Shown here: piece after piece, positions 1-10,016 of the stretch | How positions within the stretch are numbered: the first letter of the stretch is position 1 | Layout: each line of letters begins with the position of its first letter | From: Candidatus Dormibacteria bacterium | GTDB taxonomy: Bacteria > Chloroflexota > Dormibacteria > DASZGP01 | Reading direction: 5' to 3' | Assembly: GCA_050998755.1 (NCBI GenBank) | Contig: JBPCPW010000013.1 | Location: 5,668 to 69,667 of the forward strand | Length of the DNA: 64,000 nt | Translations under genes and position numbers: made by a program | Notes under the pieces: model-generated | Told to the model about the DNA's origin: nothing | The model's input: the letters and a program-made list of their open reading frames with translations, nothing else | Database searches by the model: none

Positions 1-2542
1 CCAGAGACTCAGCTAGGTGCTGGCCCTCCCGTTTGGAGGCCTCAGATGTCGTGTCCTTTGCCCGGCACAGGCTGATCACCAGGTGGTCTTTCGCCCTAGT
101 TGCCGCCACGTAGACGAGGCGCACCTGTTCAGCCTTGTTTAGCTGCTTCTCAGTCTCGATCGCGGCCGCATAGCCGGGCGTCGTAAAGACACCCTTCGGG
201 CCACAGGCTACGTGGAGTTGGCTCTGGACCCGATCCGCTACAGCCGTTGGCGATTGGAAGTTGCGGTTGGAATGCCAGCCCGTCATGAGCACAATCGGGA
301 ACTCAAGTCCCTTGGCGCCGTGGACGGTCATGATCCGGACAGCATCTCCCGCACCCGGTTCAGGCGGGCCGGGCAGCGCCAGCTGGTTCTCATCGCGCAG
401 GTCGTCCATCCAGTCGAGGAAGGCCCGCAACGTTGAGCGTCCGGTCTTAGCGAAGGTCCGCGCCCGCTCAGTCATGTGGCGATATCGCCGCTGATAGTCG
501 TCGGGACGGTCGTTGGCCAGCGCCGCTACCGCAAGTAACCGTTCGTCGATGAAGTTCTCGATGAGGGCGGCCACAGACAGTTGATGCCGGCGTTGATGCC
601 ACGCCCTGAGGTCAGTCAGCGCGAGCCGGACGCTATCCCCTTCCGCAGACCCAGAGATCTCGTACTCGTAGGTCAGCCTGCCCCCGGACTCAGTCCATCG
701 CAGGAGGTCAACATCACTACAACCATAGGTAGCCGACCTCAATGAAGCCACCAGCGCGACCTGATCCGACGGGTCATCCATGGCGCGCAGGCACGACAGC
801 AGGTCCCGTACCTCCTGGGTGGCCAGGACCAGCTCACCGCTCTCAAGCCGGTACGGGACGCCGACCGAGGTCAGCGCCCGCTCGATCCGCGCGAGGTTCC
901 CGCGAGACGGTATGAGGATGGTGACGTCTGCGAACGTCGCGGGCCGTTGCACCCGCATTCCGTCGACGGTGGCCGACACACTCCAGCCATCGCCGATTGC
1001 CCGTCTTGCGGTCGCCGCCAGCCCCTCCGCCTCGGCCTGCCACACATCCTGTTGCGTCCCCTCAACCACTTCGCCAAATGACCAGATGCCCGGGCCGGCC
1101 TCATCCTGCTCAGCCACCAGCGACGTGTAGTCCGGCTGCGAACCGGGCGCATGGATGATGCGGCGCGCGAAATGGTCGTTAATTACTTCAATAACCGCAG
1201 GCACAGACCGGAAGTTGCTTGTCAGCTTCTCGAGGTTGCCGAGGCTGTCCTTGACCGCCTGATACAGCGCGATGTCTGCGCGACGGAATCGGTAGATCGA
1301 CTGCTTCGGGTCGCCGACGATAAACAGCTTGCCGGCACTCGGGCTGATCTTTCGCCAGTCTGCGGGCAGCTCAGCGCCTTCTACTGCGGAGAGATAGAGC
1401 ACCAGTTCGGCCTGCAGCGGGTCGGTGTCCTGAAACTCATCGACAAAGATGCGAGCGAACCGGGCCTGCAGCTTGCTTCGAACTTCGGGGTTGTCCCTGA
1501 CGAGGTCCCGCGCCCAGGTGAGGAGGTCATGGAAGGTGGCGCGGCCCTCCGCCTTCCGGGCGGCAGCCCACTCCAGCGTGAAGTGTGTCAGGAGGCCGAG
1601 GAGCTGTGCCAGGGCGGAGCCTCGATAAGCCTCCAATGCCTCCTTCGCTTCGTCAAGAGCGGCGCCGTGCAAACCCCTCAAGACCTTCAGCGCGTTCTCG
1701 CCGGAGTCCGGATCGTTCGCCCACTCCGGTATTCGCCCCTTTCCCGAGAGTCCCGGCGCGTAATACGCGTCGACAAGCCCGGCGAGGGCCTGGTCGTCCG
1801 TTGTTGCTGACGACAGCCGGTCCGCCACTCCCTGAACCTTGAGAACGGCGGCGACTGCTCTGTCCTCTCCGCGCGCGTAATTGAGCAGGCGCTTGCAGCT
1901 CTGAAGTTCTCGGCCCACGCGATGCGCCACCTCAAGCGCGTCGTTACGGCTGGCCGACGGCCACAGCATGTCGCGAGAGAGCAGGTCGTACTGGTCCTGG
2001 AGACCGCGGGCCGCGCTCCGGATGTCCTTGGGCTGGAGGCCGAGTAGCAAGCACCGTCGTACAGCGTCACGTCCGCTGGTTTGGGCGACCTCATCGAACC
2101 ACTCGCGGAAGCGATCGTGGAATTCGAGCTGCTCCTGGATCGGCTCCATCACCTCGAAACCCGGTGGCAGCCCGGCCTCCAGCGGAAACGTTCTCAGAAT
2201 CATCGCCGCGAACGCGTGGATCGTGTCGATGGTTGCGTCGTCGATCGATGCAATCGCGACCCGGCACCGTGCGCGCTCTTCCTCCTCACGATCGACGTCG
2301 CGTGACGCGGTGTCCAGGGCTTCGCGCACTCGCGCTCGGAGCTCGGCAGCGGCGGCCTCCGTGAACGTGATCGCGACGAGGCCGCGGATGTCGAGTCTTC
2401 CCTTCGCCACCAGCTCGGCGATGCGCCTCACGACCGTCGTCGTCTTGCCGGTGCCGGCGCCGGCCTCCACGAAGAACGTTGAGACGAGATCCATCAGCAG
2501 CCGGTCGCGGACCTCCTGGTCCTTTGGTGCCCCGTTCGTCAT
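1..2542 (-). CDS. UvrD/PcrA-type SF1 helicase, AddA/AdnB-like. Partial: the N-terminal ~845 aa are present and the C-terminus lies beyond the window start. The ORF track does not list it because it runs off the edge.
   Basis: Own translation of the minus strand from the ATG at 2542 gives MTNGAPKDQEVRDRLLMDLVSTFFVEAGAGTGKTTT... with the UvrD motifs Walker A GAGTGKTT, Ia TFTEAAAAELR, II DEFQDTD, III GDPKQSIYRFRRAD, V TVHGAKGLEFP and VI VYVAATRARDHL. Its start overlaps the upstream gene's stop (ATGA). Confidence 0.8.
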   Translation of the reverse strand, partial: MTNGAPKDQEVRDRLLMDLVSTFFVEAGAGTGKTTTVVRRIAELVAKGRLDIRGLVAITFTEAAAAELRARVREALDTASRDVDREEEERARCRVAIASIDDATIDTIHAFAAMILRTFPLEAGLPPGFEVMEPIQEQLEFHDRFREWFDEVAQTSGRDAVRRCLLLGLQPKDIRSAARGLQDQYDLLSRDMLWPSASRNDALEVAHRVGRELQSCKRLLNYARGEDRAVAAVLKVQGVADRLSSATTDDQALAGLVDAYYAPGLSGKGRIPEWANDPDSGENALKVLRGLHGAALDEAKEALEAYRGSALAQLLGLLTHFTLEWAAARKAEGRATFHDLLTWARDLVRDNPEVRSKLQARFARIFVDEFQDTDPLQAELVLYLSAVEGAELPADWRKISPSAGKLFIVGDPKQSIYRFRRADIALYQAVKDSLGNLEKLTSNFRSVPAVIEVINDHFARRIIHAPGSQPDYTSLVAEQDEAGPGIWSFGEVVEGTQQDVWQAEAEGLAATARRAIGDGWSVSATVDGMRVQRPATFADVTILIPSRGNLARIERALTSVGVPYRLESGELVLATQEVRDLLSCLRAMDDPSDQVALVASLRSATYGCSDVDLLRWTESGGRLTYEYEISGSAEGDSVRLALTDLRAWHQRRHQLSVAALIENFIDERLLAVAALANDRPDDYQRRYRHMTERARTFAKTGRSTLRAFLDWMDDLRDENQLALPGPPEPGAGDAVRIMTVHGAKGLEFPIVLMTGWHSNRNFQSPTAVADRVQSQLHVACGPKGVFTTPGYAAAIETEKQLNKAEQVRLVYVAATRAKDHLVISLCRAKDTTSEASKREGQHLAESL

Positions 2543-5500
2543 TCCGCCCGGAGCTCGGGAGCGAGCCGGGCGTGCAGCGCGGAAATGGGGTCCTCGCGTT
2601 TGCGCTCGTATAGCTGATCCCTGCCGGCGGGGCAGATGTGGTCGTACTCGCAGTAGATGCAGTTGTCCCAGCTGGTCTTGCCGGGTCGCATCGTCTCGCC
2701 GCCGGGCACCTGCGGGAAGCAACCTGAGCGAATGCTCTCGTCTACGATCTGAACCGCCTCGTCGAATTTCTCCCGCAGACCGTCGTCGAGCCTCGTACGC
2801 ACGAAAGTGAACTCGCCCTTGCGGCTGATGTACCAGTAGGCCGCCTGGACCTCGGTGGCGCTGAGACCCTGGCTGGCGAGCCATGTCTCGGCTGCACGCG
2901 TATATGCCGCGAGCTGGAGCTGCTTGCCCGCGGCCAGGCGATCATCCTCGGCGGGCTCTTTGCCCGCCCGGCCAGTCTTGTAGTCGAGGACCTTGAGACG
3001 TTCGAAGCCGCCGTTTCCCTCCTGCACGTCGATCCGATCGATGCGCCCGCGGAGCTCTACCTGGCGGCCGTCGGCCACCGTCACAGCGAGTGGTGGCCAC
3101 GAGTCCGGCGATTCAAATCCGAAGGGTTGCTCGAGGAATCGCGGCACGTATCCGTCGCCGCGCTCCGCCTCGTCCTTCTCAAGGAAGGTTCGAAGGTCCT
3201 GGAGCAGAACAGCCCGCTCGTTCTCCCACGCGAGTAGCAGGCCGGTCTTGCCCTGGCCCTCCAGCTTCGCGATCTCCTCGTCAGCGATTCGCTCGAGGTC
3301 CGCTATGTCGGCCTCGGTATATGCGTAACCCGGCATCATTTGGTTCGCGCTGACCATGTCGGCGAAAAACCGCTCGAGGACGGTATGAACCAGCGAGCCC
3401 TTGTCGAGGGGGGACAGTGACCAATCCTGAGCGTCCTCGGGCAACTCGGTCGGCTCGACCCGCAGCCACCGGCCAAGGAAGTACTTGAAGGGGCAGGCCG
3501 CCCACTGTTCGATCGCAGTGGGTGAAATGCGCATGTTGCTGAGCCCGTCGCGAATGCGTTGGGAGCTCTCGCTTGCATCGTCGAGGCAGCCGTCGTACTC
3601 CGTGAGGTCGGTCGAGCGGCGGGCTGCCCACGCCTCAAGATTCCGTCCGAGCGGCAGGTCCGTCCGGATCGCGAGACTAGAGGTGGCGAGCGCTGCACCG
3701 ATGGGGGCGTTCAAGAGGCGGAAGTCGGCCAGATTGAGGGCAGCCCTCGCGGAACCGAGGTCCCGCGAGTCTGCGACCGGAGACTTCCCGGCAACCGGAG
3801 CCCTGAGGTTACCGGACCGAAGGATCTCTCCACTCTGGGCGGACGCAAGATCGACCATCCATGCCGACGGATATACGGGTCGAGAGCCGGCATCCCATCT
3901 CGGAAATGTCAGCGTCACCTTACCGTCGCCGGCCGCCATCAGCGCCGACTCGAAGTAGAGCCGCTCGAGCGCCTGATGTCGCGCGCGATTGCCCAACAGG
4001 TCGCTCTCCTCGCCCAGCGGCAGGACGGGATCGGCCGGCGGGGCCGCCGGGAAGGACTGCTCGGTCACGCCCAGGACATAGACGCGATCGAAGCTCATCG
4101 CTGCGATCGAGCTGATGGGCCCGACGACCACGCCGATCCCTAGCCGCCCCTCAGTCTGAGTCCTGGATTCGAGGACCTCGGTGAGGGAGTCGATGAAAGG
4201 CCCGAGGGCCGCGGCGGACTCCAGCGGCCCGGCCGCGCGAAGGCCCGAGATCTCGCTCGCGATCAGCTCACGAGCTTCGCTGTCGCGCTCGTCCCACTCC
4301 CGCTGCGCAACCACGAATTCGTCGAACAGCTTCGATGCCCACTGGCACAGAGCGCCCCAGCTCACCGGTTCCGGCGGATTGATGCGGTCGACCAATTTCT
4401 TCATGCGCCGGACGATGTTCTCGATAACCACCAGCTGGCGCTCGAGCCGGCTGATCCTGGCGGCGGATGGGTCCGCCTCGCCGCGGATCTCCCGGAGCTG
4501 GTCGTTGGTCTCGTCGCGCAGGCGCCCAAACCGGGTTTGCCACACGGCGGCTCCGGCAACGACACCGGCCTTGCGCGAAAGGCGCTCCCAGTCGGCGACG
4601 GAGATTTCATCACCGTGGCCGTGCGGGACCAGACCGTGGAATTCGACCACGCTCGGCCGGTCAAAGTTCCGCTGGCGCATCCGCAACAGAGCCAGGAGGG
4701 CCTTGCCCGGCAGGCTGAGGGAGAGCGGTCGTCCGTCGAGGCCGGAGTACGGGAGACCGGCGCGCACCAGAGTGTCGCGGAGGAGTGAGCCGTAGAGGTC
4801 GGACTCCCTGTAAACGACAGCGATGCGGTCGAGGCGAACGCCGTCATCCATGCCGGCGATGACCTCGCGGGCGACCGCGGTCGCCTCGTCCGCTGCGTCG
4901 AGGGCGACGACCAGGCGAGGGGTGTTGGGGCGCGGGAGATGGTCAGGCTGAATCTGCCACTGCCGCGCGAAGTGATCCCGCACCTGCGGGCTACTCGACG
5001 GAGAGAGCACCAGGGCCAGGTCGCGGTCTTCGGCGATCGCGGCTATGAATCGCCGTGCGGGCGAGCTCAGGTCGGTTGGGTACCAGAGAACGAGCTCGCC
5101 CCACTCGGCGAGCAGCGAGCCCGTTGTCGGAAGTGTGTCGATCGCACTTAGGAAGAGATCGGTGCGGTCGTAGAGATTGGCACCCTGGGTCACCTCGCGG
5201 AAACGCCGGTAGACGGCAACAGATGCGCGCGCCATCTCGCCGGAGATAGCGATTCGGTCGAGGTCAGGGGCACTCAACTCGAGGTCGCGAAAGCGCTGGA
5301 AGAGCCGGCGCAATGTGCGAACAGTGGCCGGGTGCCGGGCCGTGATGCCGAAGACCATGGCCTCGACTTCGATGGCGTTTCGAATCGCCGCATCCTGGGT
5401 GGCGGGCGTGGTTGGGCTCAGGCCCCGAGCGGCCAGGGAGGCGGCGCCAAGGCTCTCTGCGACCTGCGCCGCTATGGCACTACGGACGTTGGCATATCCG

Positions 5501-5655
5501 ATGGGGGCAAGTCCACGTCGGAGCGCCCGGCCGCTGTGGAGGGTCGGGACGATGAACGTGAGTGGAGACAGCGGGTTCGGGCGCGCCCGCACCCGGTCAG
5601 CTACCCAGGCATCCGCTTGATCGCCGGGAACCAGGCTCGTATGGATCAGCCCCAC
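2539..5655 (-). CDS. AddB/AdnA-like helicase-nuclease subunit (1038 aa). The N-terminal ATPase-like domain is degenerate. The C-terminal RecB-family PD-(D/E)XK nuclease carries a Cys cluster.
   Basis: There is no Walker A in the N-terminal part. The C-terminus has a DYKTG nuclease motif and CPFKY...CIYCEYDHIC (C-X-C / CxxCx5C), which resembles the AddB iron-staple 4Fe-4S arrangement. The gene is translationally coupled (ATGA) to the downstream UvrD-like gene. Confidence 0.72.
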   Translation of the reverse strand: MGLIHTSLVPGDQADAWVADRVRARPNPLSPLTFIVPTLHSGRALRRGLAPIGYANVRSAIAAQVAESLGAASLAARGLSPTTPATQDAAIRNAIEVEAMVFGITARHPATVRTLRRLFQRFRDLELSAPDLDRIAISGEMARASVAVYRRFREVTQGANLYDRTDLFLSAIDTLPTTGSLLAEWGELVLWYPTDLSSPARRFIAAIAEDRDLALVLSPSSSPQVRDHFARQWQIQPDHLPRPNTPRLVVALDAADEATAVAREVIAGMDDGVRLDRIAVVYRESDLYGSLLRDTLVRAGLPYSGLDGRPLSLSLPGKALLALLRMRQRNFDRPSVVEFHGLVPHGHGDEISVADWERLSRKAGVVAGAAVWQTRFGRLRDETNDQLREIRGEADPSAARISRLERQLVVIENIVRRMKKLVDRINPPEPVSWGALCQWASKLFDEFVVAQREWDERDSEARELIASEISGLRAAGPLESAAALGPFIDSLTEVLESRTQTEGRLGIGVVVGPISSIAAMSFDRVYVLGVTEQSFPAAPPADPVLPLGEESDLLGNRARHQALERLYFESALMAAGDGKVTLTFPRWDAGSRPVYPSAWMVDLASAQSGEILRSGNLRAPVAGKSPVADSRDLGSARAALNLADFRLLNAPIGAALATSSLAIRTDLPLGRNLEAWAARRSTDLTEYDGCLDDASESSQRIRDGLSNMRISPTAIEQWAACPFKYFLGRWLRVEPTELPEDAQDWSLSPLDKGSLVHTVLERFFADMVSANQMMPGYAYTEADIADLERIADEEIAKLEGQGKTGLLLAWENERAVLLQDLRTFLEKDEAERGDGYVPRFLEQPFGFESPDSWPPLAVTVADGRQVELRGRIDRIDVQEGNGGFERLKVLDYKTGRAGKEPAEDDRLAAGKQLQLAAYTRAAETWLASQGLSATEVQAAYWYISRKGEFTFVRTRLDDGLREKFDEAVQIVDESIRSGCFPQVPGGETMRPGKTSWDNCIYCEYDHICPAGRDQLYERKREDPISALHARLAPELRAE

Positions 5656-5874
5656 AGCCTTCCCTCCGCTGCCACCAGCACCATGTTCGCGCTCATTCCC
5701 GTAAAGTTGCCAGTAGCTACAGACAGCTTAGTGTCGCGGTCCTCGCCCTCGTCGGGAAAGGCGGATCGTGCCTCAACCCCGGCTGAGCGAAGCTTGTGCA
5801 TCAGTGCCCTTGCATCGTCCTCGGCGACTGCGTGACAATTCGGCGGTTGATTGTCCGCCCGATAGCTCGCCGCA

Positions 5875-8800
5875 GTGCCTGACCCACGTTCCTCCTCCGA
5901 ACGCCCGGCGCTGCCGCCAGGGCTTTACGAGGCGCTGCTAACTGTCGACCTGCAGCAGCGAATAGCCGAGCTGCGGGATGCGTTCCGCTCGGGCGAACTC
6001 GACCCCATCGAGGCGCCGGCGACACTCTCTGCGTATCTTGCATCCGTGGTCGCTCGAGAGTTCAAGCGGCCGGGCTTCGCGGGAGATCCAGAGCGCCAGG
6101 TCGAGGTAATCAATCGGATCATCGCCGGGCTGGTTGCGAGCGGTGGGCAGGACGGCGATGTTGAAGACTCGATCTTGTCTCCTCCACGGCTTCTCCTCGA
6201 GGTCCACCGGCAAGATTCAGACGGAGCACTGTCGGCTCGGCGACCGAGCACTCCTCTTCGCGACGACGCGTTGTTCGTTCGTGCGCCCGGCGAGCCGGCG
6301 TTTGCGTCGGAACTGAATCGGGAGCTCGCATCAGCAGATCGCGTCGACCTCATCTGCGCGTTCGTCGTCTGGAACGGGATCCGCGTCCTGTGGGATGAGA
6401 TCTCCCGCCTCCACGAGCGCGGTGGGACGTTCCGCCTGATCACTACGACTTTCACCGGTATCACCGAGGCCCGAGCCCTCGAAGAACTGATCAGGCGCGG
6501 GGCGGACGTCAAAGTCAGCTACGACACCCGCAGCACAAGGCTGCACGCAAAGGCTTGGCTCTTCCACCGTAACTCGGAATTCGGCACCGCCTACGTCGGT
6601 TCGTCGAACCTCACGCACACCGCCATTCACGATGGACTCGAATGGAATGTCCGGCTGTCCCAGGCGAAGTCCGGCGCGCTCCTTGAGCGCTTTGCTGCGA
6701 CGTTCGAAACGTATTGGCAGGACGAGCGGTTTGAGGACTACAACGCCGACCGCTTCGCTGCCGCCGTGCAGCGCATCGGCAACGACGACGCAATTACCAC
6801 GGCCATGTTCGACATACACCCACTTCCCTTCCAGGAGGCGATCCTCGAGAGACTGCAGGTCGAGCGTGACCGCCACGATCGATGGCGCAACTTGGTGGTG
6901 GCTGCCACAGGGACCGGAAAGACCGTCATGGCAGCCCTGGACTACGCGCGGCAGCCGATGGTTGAAGGTCGTCGGCCGACCTTGCTGTTTGTGGCCCACC
7001 GAGACGAGATCCTCAATCAGAGCCTGGCGACCTTTAGAACCGTGTTGAAGGACGGAGCTTTCGGCGAGAAGTGGGCCGGTGGATCCAGACCGGCTGCCGC
7101 CCGACACGTATTCGCCTCCATCCAATCCCTGCACGCCGCCGACGTCGCTGCCCTGGACCCACGTCGGTACGACGTCGTCATTGTCGATGAGTTCCATCAC
7201 GCCGCCGCGCCTACTTACCGCCGCCTGCTCGATCGCGTGCAACCTCATCTCTTGTTGGGTTTGACGGCGACACCTGAGCGGACCGATGGCTTGAACATCA
7301 CACAGTGGTTCGAAGGGCGAATCGCTGTTGAGCTCCGGCTCTGGGACGCCATCCAGCAGGACCTGCTGTGCCCGTTTCAGTACTTCGGAATAGCCGACAA
7401 CGTTGACCTATCCGCCGTGCGGTGGTCGCCGCGCGGCTACGACAAAGCCGAACTCTCCAACCTATACACCGGAAACAACGCACGACTGGCGAAGGTTCTC
7501 GAATCCGTTCGGCAGATCGTTCGAGATCCGCTGGAAATGCGCGCGCTGTGCTTCTGCGTCAGCGTGGCCCATGCGGAGTTCATGGCAGGTGCTTTCAACA
7601 CCGCGGGCATTCCGTCGGCGGTGGTGACGGGAGAGACTCCGCGCGAGAAGAGGCAGGCGGCAATACGAGACTTGGCCGAAGGACGGATCAACGCTGTCTT
7701 CTCCGTAGACGTCTTCAACGAAGGGCTGGATATCCCGTCCGTCGATACCGTGCTGTTCCTCCGGCCCACGGAGAGTGCGACCGTGTTTATCCAGCAGCTT
7801 GGCCGAGGACTGCGGAAGCTGCCGGGCAAGAGCGGTCTCACCGTTCTCGATTTCATCGGTCAGCAGAATCGCCAGTTCCGATTCGAACCACGGTTCCTGG
7901 CACTGACCGGCTCCGGAAGGCGCTTTATCGCGCGCGACGTAGAGGATGACTTTCCTTTCCTGCCATCCGGGTGCTCGATCCGACTGGACCGGGTTTCTCG
8001 AGAGATCGTTCTTGGGAATCTCAGGGCAGCGTTCCGCGGGCGACGGGCGGGATTGGTCGCCGAGCTGAGCGCGCTCGGCGATATCCCACTGGCCGAGTTC
8101 CTGAGGCAGGCCGACCGGGAGATCGCTGACGTCTACCTGGCTGGAGGCTGGACAGCTATTCGGCGGGACGCTGGTTTCGCACAGCCGCCGGGCCCGGATG
8201 AGGAGAAGCTGGCCAAGTCGATCTCGCGGATGCGGCACGTCGACGACGAGGCGCGAAGCGCGGCTTACGCTCGTTGGGTCTCCGAGCCGCAGCCGCCGGC
8301 CGTCGAGTCGATGAGCCTGCGTGACCAGCGCCTGCTGGCGATGCTGCACACAGACCTTTGGGGGCGCTCCCGCGAGCTCGGCTCCGTGCAGCAGTCTATG
8401 GCGCGGTTCTGGCCGCATCCCGACCTACGACGCGAGCTGGTTGAGCTGCTCGATGTGTTGGACGACCAGGCGCAGCACGTCCTGCTCGACTCAAGTCTCC
8501 CGGACGAGGTGCCACTTTATGTCCACGAACGCTATACACGCGACGAGGTGCTCGCGGCTCTTGGGGACGCAACCGCCGAGTCACCGTCGAGTAGCCGCGA
8601 GGGCGTCCATTTCAACCAGGCCTACGGCGTGGATGTCTTCTTCGTAACACTGAAGAAGTCGGAGGAGCGATTCTCGCCCTCGACGATGTACAGGGACTAC
8701 GCCCTCTCGCCGACCCTGTTCCACTGGGAATCGCAGTCACGGACGACAGCCAACTCGCCTACCGGGCTCAGGTATCAGGACCATGTCGCCGGAGGCACCA

Positions 8801-8979
8801 AGATCCTGATCTTCGCGAGGGAGACAACCAAGGATGATTCGGGTGACACGACCTCGTTTTTGTTCATGGGACCGGCAACGTATGTGAGTCACGTCAGCGA
8901 GCGGCCTATGCAGATCACTTGGCGCCTGATGCACCCGCTGCCCGGGGACTTCTTCCAAGCCGCAAAGGCAGTGGCGTGA
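5875..8979 (+). CDS. HKD (phospholipase-D/Nuc-like) nuclease domain fused to an SF2 DExH helicase and a C-terminal DUF3427-like region (1034 aa). Probable defence gene.
   Basis: The HKD motif is LHAKAWLFHRNSEFGTAYVGSSNLT (HxK...GSxN). The helicase motifs are Walker A AATGTGKT, DEFHH, GLTATP and QQLGRGLR. The ~330-aa C-terminal extension matches the DUF3427 architecture as I recall it. Confidence 0.8.
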   Translation: MPDPRSSSERPALPPGLYEALLTVDLQQRIAELRDAFRSGELDPIEAPATLSAYLASVVAREFKRPGFAGDPERQVEVINRIIAGLVASGGQDGDVEDSILSPPRLLLEVHRQDSDGALSARRPSTPLRDDALFVRAPGEPAFASELNRELASADRVDLICAFVVWNGIRVLWDEISRLHERGGTFRLITTTFTGITEARALEELIRRGADVKVSYDTRSTRLHAKAWLFHRNSEFGTAYVGSSNLTHTAIHDGLEWNVRLSQAKSGALLERFAATFETYWQDERFEDYNADRFAAAVQRIGNDDAITTAMFDIHPLPFQEAILERLQVERDRHDRWRNLVVAATGTGKTVMAALDYARQPMVEGRRPTLLFVAHRDEILNQSLATFRTVLKDGAFGEKWAGGSRPAAARHVFASIQSLHAADVAALDPRRYDVVIVDEFHHAAAPTYRRLLDRVQPHLLLGLTATPERTDGLNITQWFEGRIAVELRLWDAIQQDLLCPFQYFGIADNVDLSAVRWSPRGYDKAELSNLYTGNNARLAKVLESVRQIVRDPLEMRALCFCVSVAHAEFMAGAFNTAGIPSAVVTGETPREKRQAAIRDLAEGRINAVFSVDVFNEGLDIPSVDTVLFLRPTESATVFIQQLGRGLRKLPGKSGLTVLDFIGQQNRQFRFEPRFLALTGSGRRFIARDVEDDFPFLPSGCSIRLDRVSREIVLGNLRAAFRGRRAGLVAELSALGDIPLAEFLRQADREIADVYLAGGWTAIRRDAGFAQPPGPDEEKLAKSISRMRHVDDEARSAAYARWVSEPQPPAVESMSLRDQRLLAMLHTDLWGRSRELGSVQQSMARFWPHPDLRRELVELLDVLDDQAQHVLLDSSLPDEVPLYVHERYTRDEVLAALGDATAESPSSSREGVHFNQAYGVDVFFVTLKKSEERFSPSTMYRDYALSPTLFHWESQSRTTANSPTGLRYQDHVAGGTKILIFARETTKDDSGDTTSFLFMGPATYVSHVSERPMQITWRLMHPLPGDFFQAAKAVA

Positions 8980-9014
8980 AGAGCCAGACGCGGACGCACA
9001 GACCGGGCGCGAAC

Positions 9015-9983
9015 CTACAGAGTCACCTGCCCAGTGCCTGCGGCGAGGCAGGCGCCCAGCAGTGCCGCGGCAATCACCAGTACGGATAGGCACCCGGACT
9101 TCGCCGACGCGGAGACAATGGGGGTCGCCTCACCCTCGGGATCGGATGTTGCCTGGATCAGCTTCTGACCAGGTACAAGAACGACGACGTCAGACTGCTC
9201 TCCGCGCGCCTTCCGCATCCACTTCCAGAGCAATTCGCCATCGACTACGAATACCTGCGGATCAGCCTTGGCCATGTCCCGACGGGCTGTCTGGCCCACC
9301 TGCCCTGACGTGACCAGATACGCCGTCGCCTTCTCGCGGTTCGCTCGGTCGGACAGCGCCCTCAACATGTCGATCTTGACGTAGGCATCGGCGGCGAAAT
9401 GCTTGACCTGGAGGATGCACGGTGAGCCCTTATGGCGCATTCGGATGTCCACCCCGCCATCGCCGTCCCGTCCGGCTGCGACGACTTCGACATCCTCGAA
9501 CCCGAGCCGCCGGAACGTTTCGGCGACAAGACCCTCGAACTGCCACCAGGTCATCGGGTACATGCGGTCCCAGCCGGTGGTCATGTCGAAAAGTGCGGCG
9601 GCCGACGGGCCGGCCCAGGTGGTTGGACGCTGCCCGGGCGGGAGCGCAGCAATTGCCTTCAGTTCGAGAGCTGACTGTACCTCCCGCCTGAGAGCCGCCG
9701 CCCGTGCGAGAGCCTCCTCCATCTGCTCGCTGGCTTGACGCCAGGCGGGCTCGGTCGGAGCGCTTGGGCCGAGTTCCCGGGTCCGTTGAGAAACGAGAGT
9801 AGCCGTACTGAGAAGGTCGGACAGCAGGAGAAGCTGCTCGCGCTCGAGGGTCGACAGGGTTTGTGCAAATCGGCGTTCTACAGTCACGCCTGATGAGTGA
9901 ACCAAATTGGCTCCGCTACCGCCACCTGGCCCAGGTGTCAGTGAGGTGACAGTCCACGCCGGAGACGAGAGGACCCAGGCCAC
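9015..9983 (-). CDS. Mrr-cat-like restriction endonuclease domain protein with a C-terminal transmembrane anchor.
   Basis: FEGLVAETFRRLGFEDVEVVAAGRDGDGGVDIRMRHKGSPCILQVKHF matches the Mrr N-terminal PD-(D/E)XK pattern (G-DGGxD ... QxK). The C-terminal hydrophobic segment is CLSVLVIAAALLGACLAAG. Confidence 0.6.
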   Translation of the reverse strand: MAWVLSSPAWTVTSLTPGPGGGSGANLVHSSGVTVERRFAQTLSTLEREQLLLLSDLLSTATLVSQRTRELGPSAPTEPAWRQASEQMEEALARAAALRREVQSALELKAIAALPPGQRPTTWAGPSAAALFDMTTGWDRMYPMTWWQFEGLVAETFRRLGFEDVEVVAAGRDGDGGVDIRMRHKGSPCILQVKHFAADAYVKIDMLRALSDRANREKATAYLVTSGQVGQTARRDMAKADPQVFVVDGELLWKWMRKARGEQSDVVVLVPGQKLIQATSDPEGEATPIVSASAKSGCLSVLVIAAALLGACLAAGTGQVTL

Positions 9984-10016
9984 TCGCCGCCCTGGCCTTG
10001 CGTCGGCCGGCTGGTC

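Noticed and set aside
6331-7248. A 305-aa minus-strand ORF (plus several shorter ones) inside the PLD-helicase gene
   Set aside because: It is antisense to a gene with unambiguous helicase motifs. Long spurious ORFs on the opposite strand are expected at 70% GC.
5875-8979. Assigning the PLD-helicase-DUF3427 protein to a named system (DISARM DrmA/DrmC, Mokosh, Hachiman, type III R-M Res)
   Set aside because: The domain order and absence of partner genes (DrmB/DUF1998, methyltransferase, Mod) do not fit any of these. It is kept as an uncharacterised defence-type fusion.
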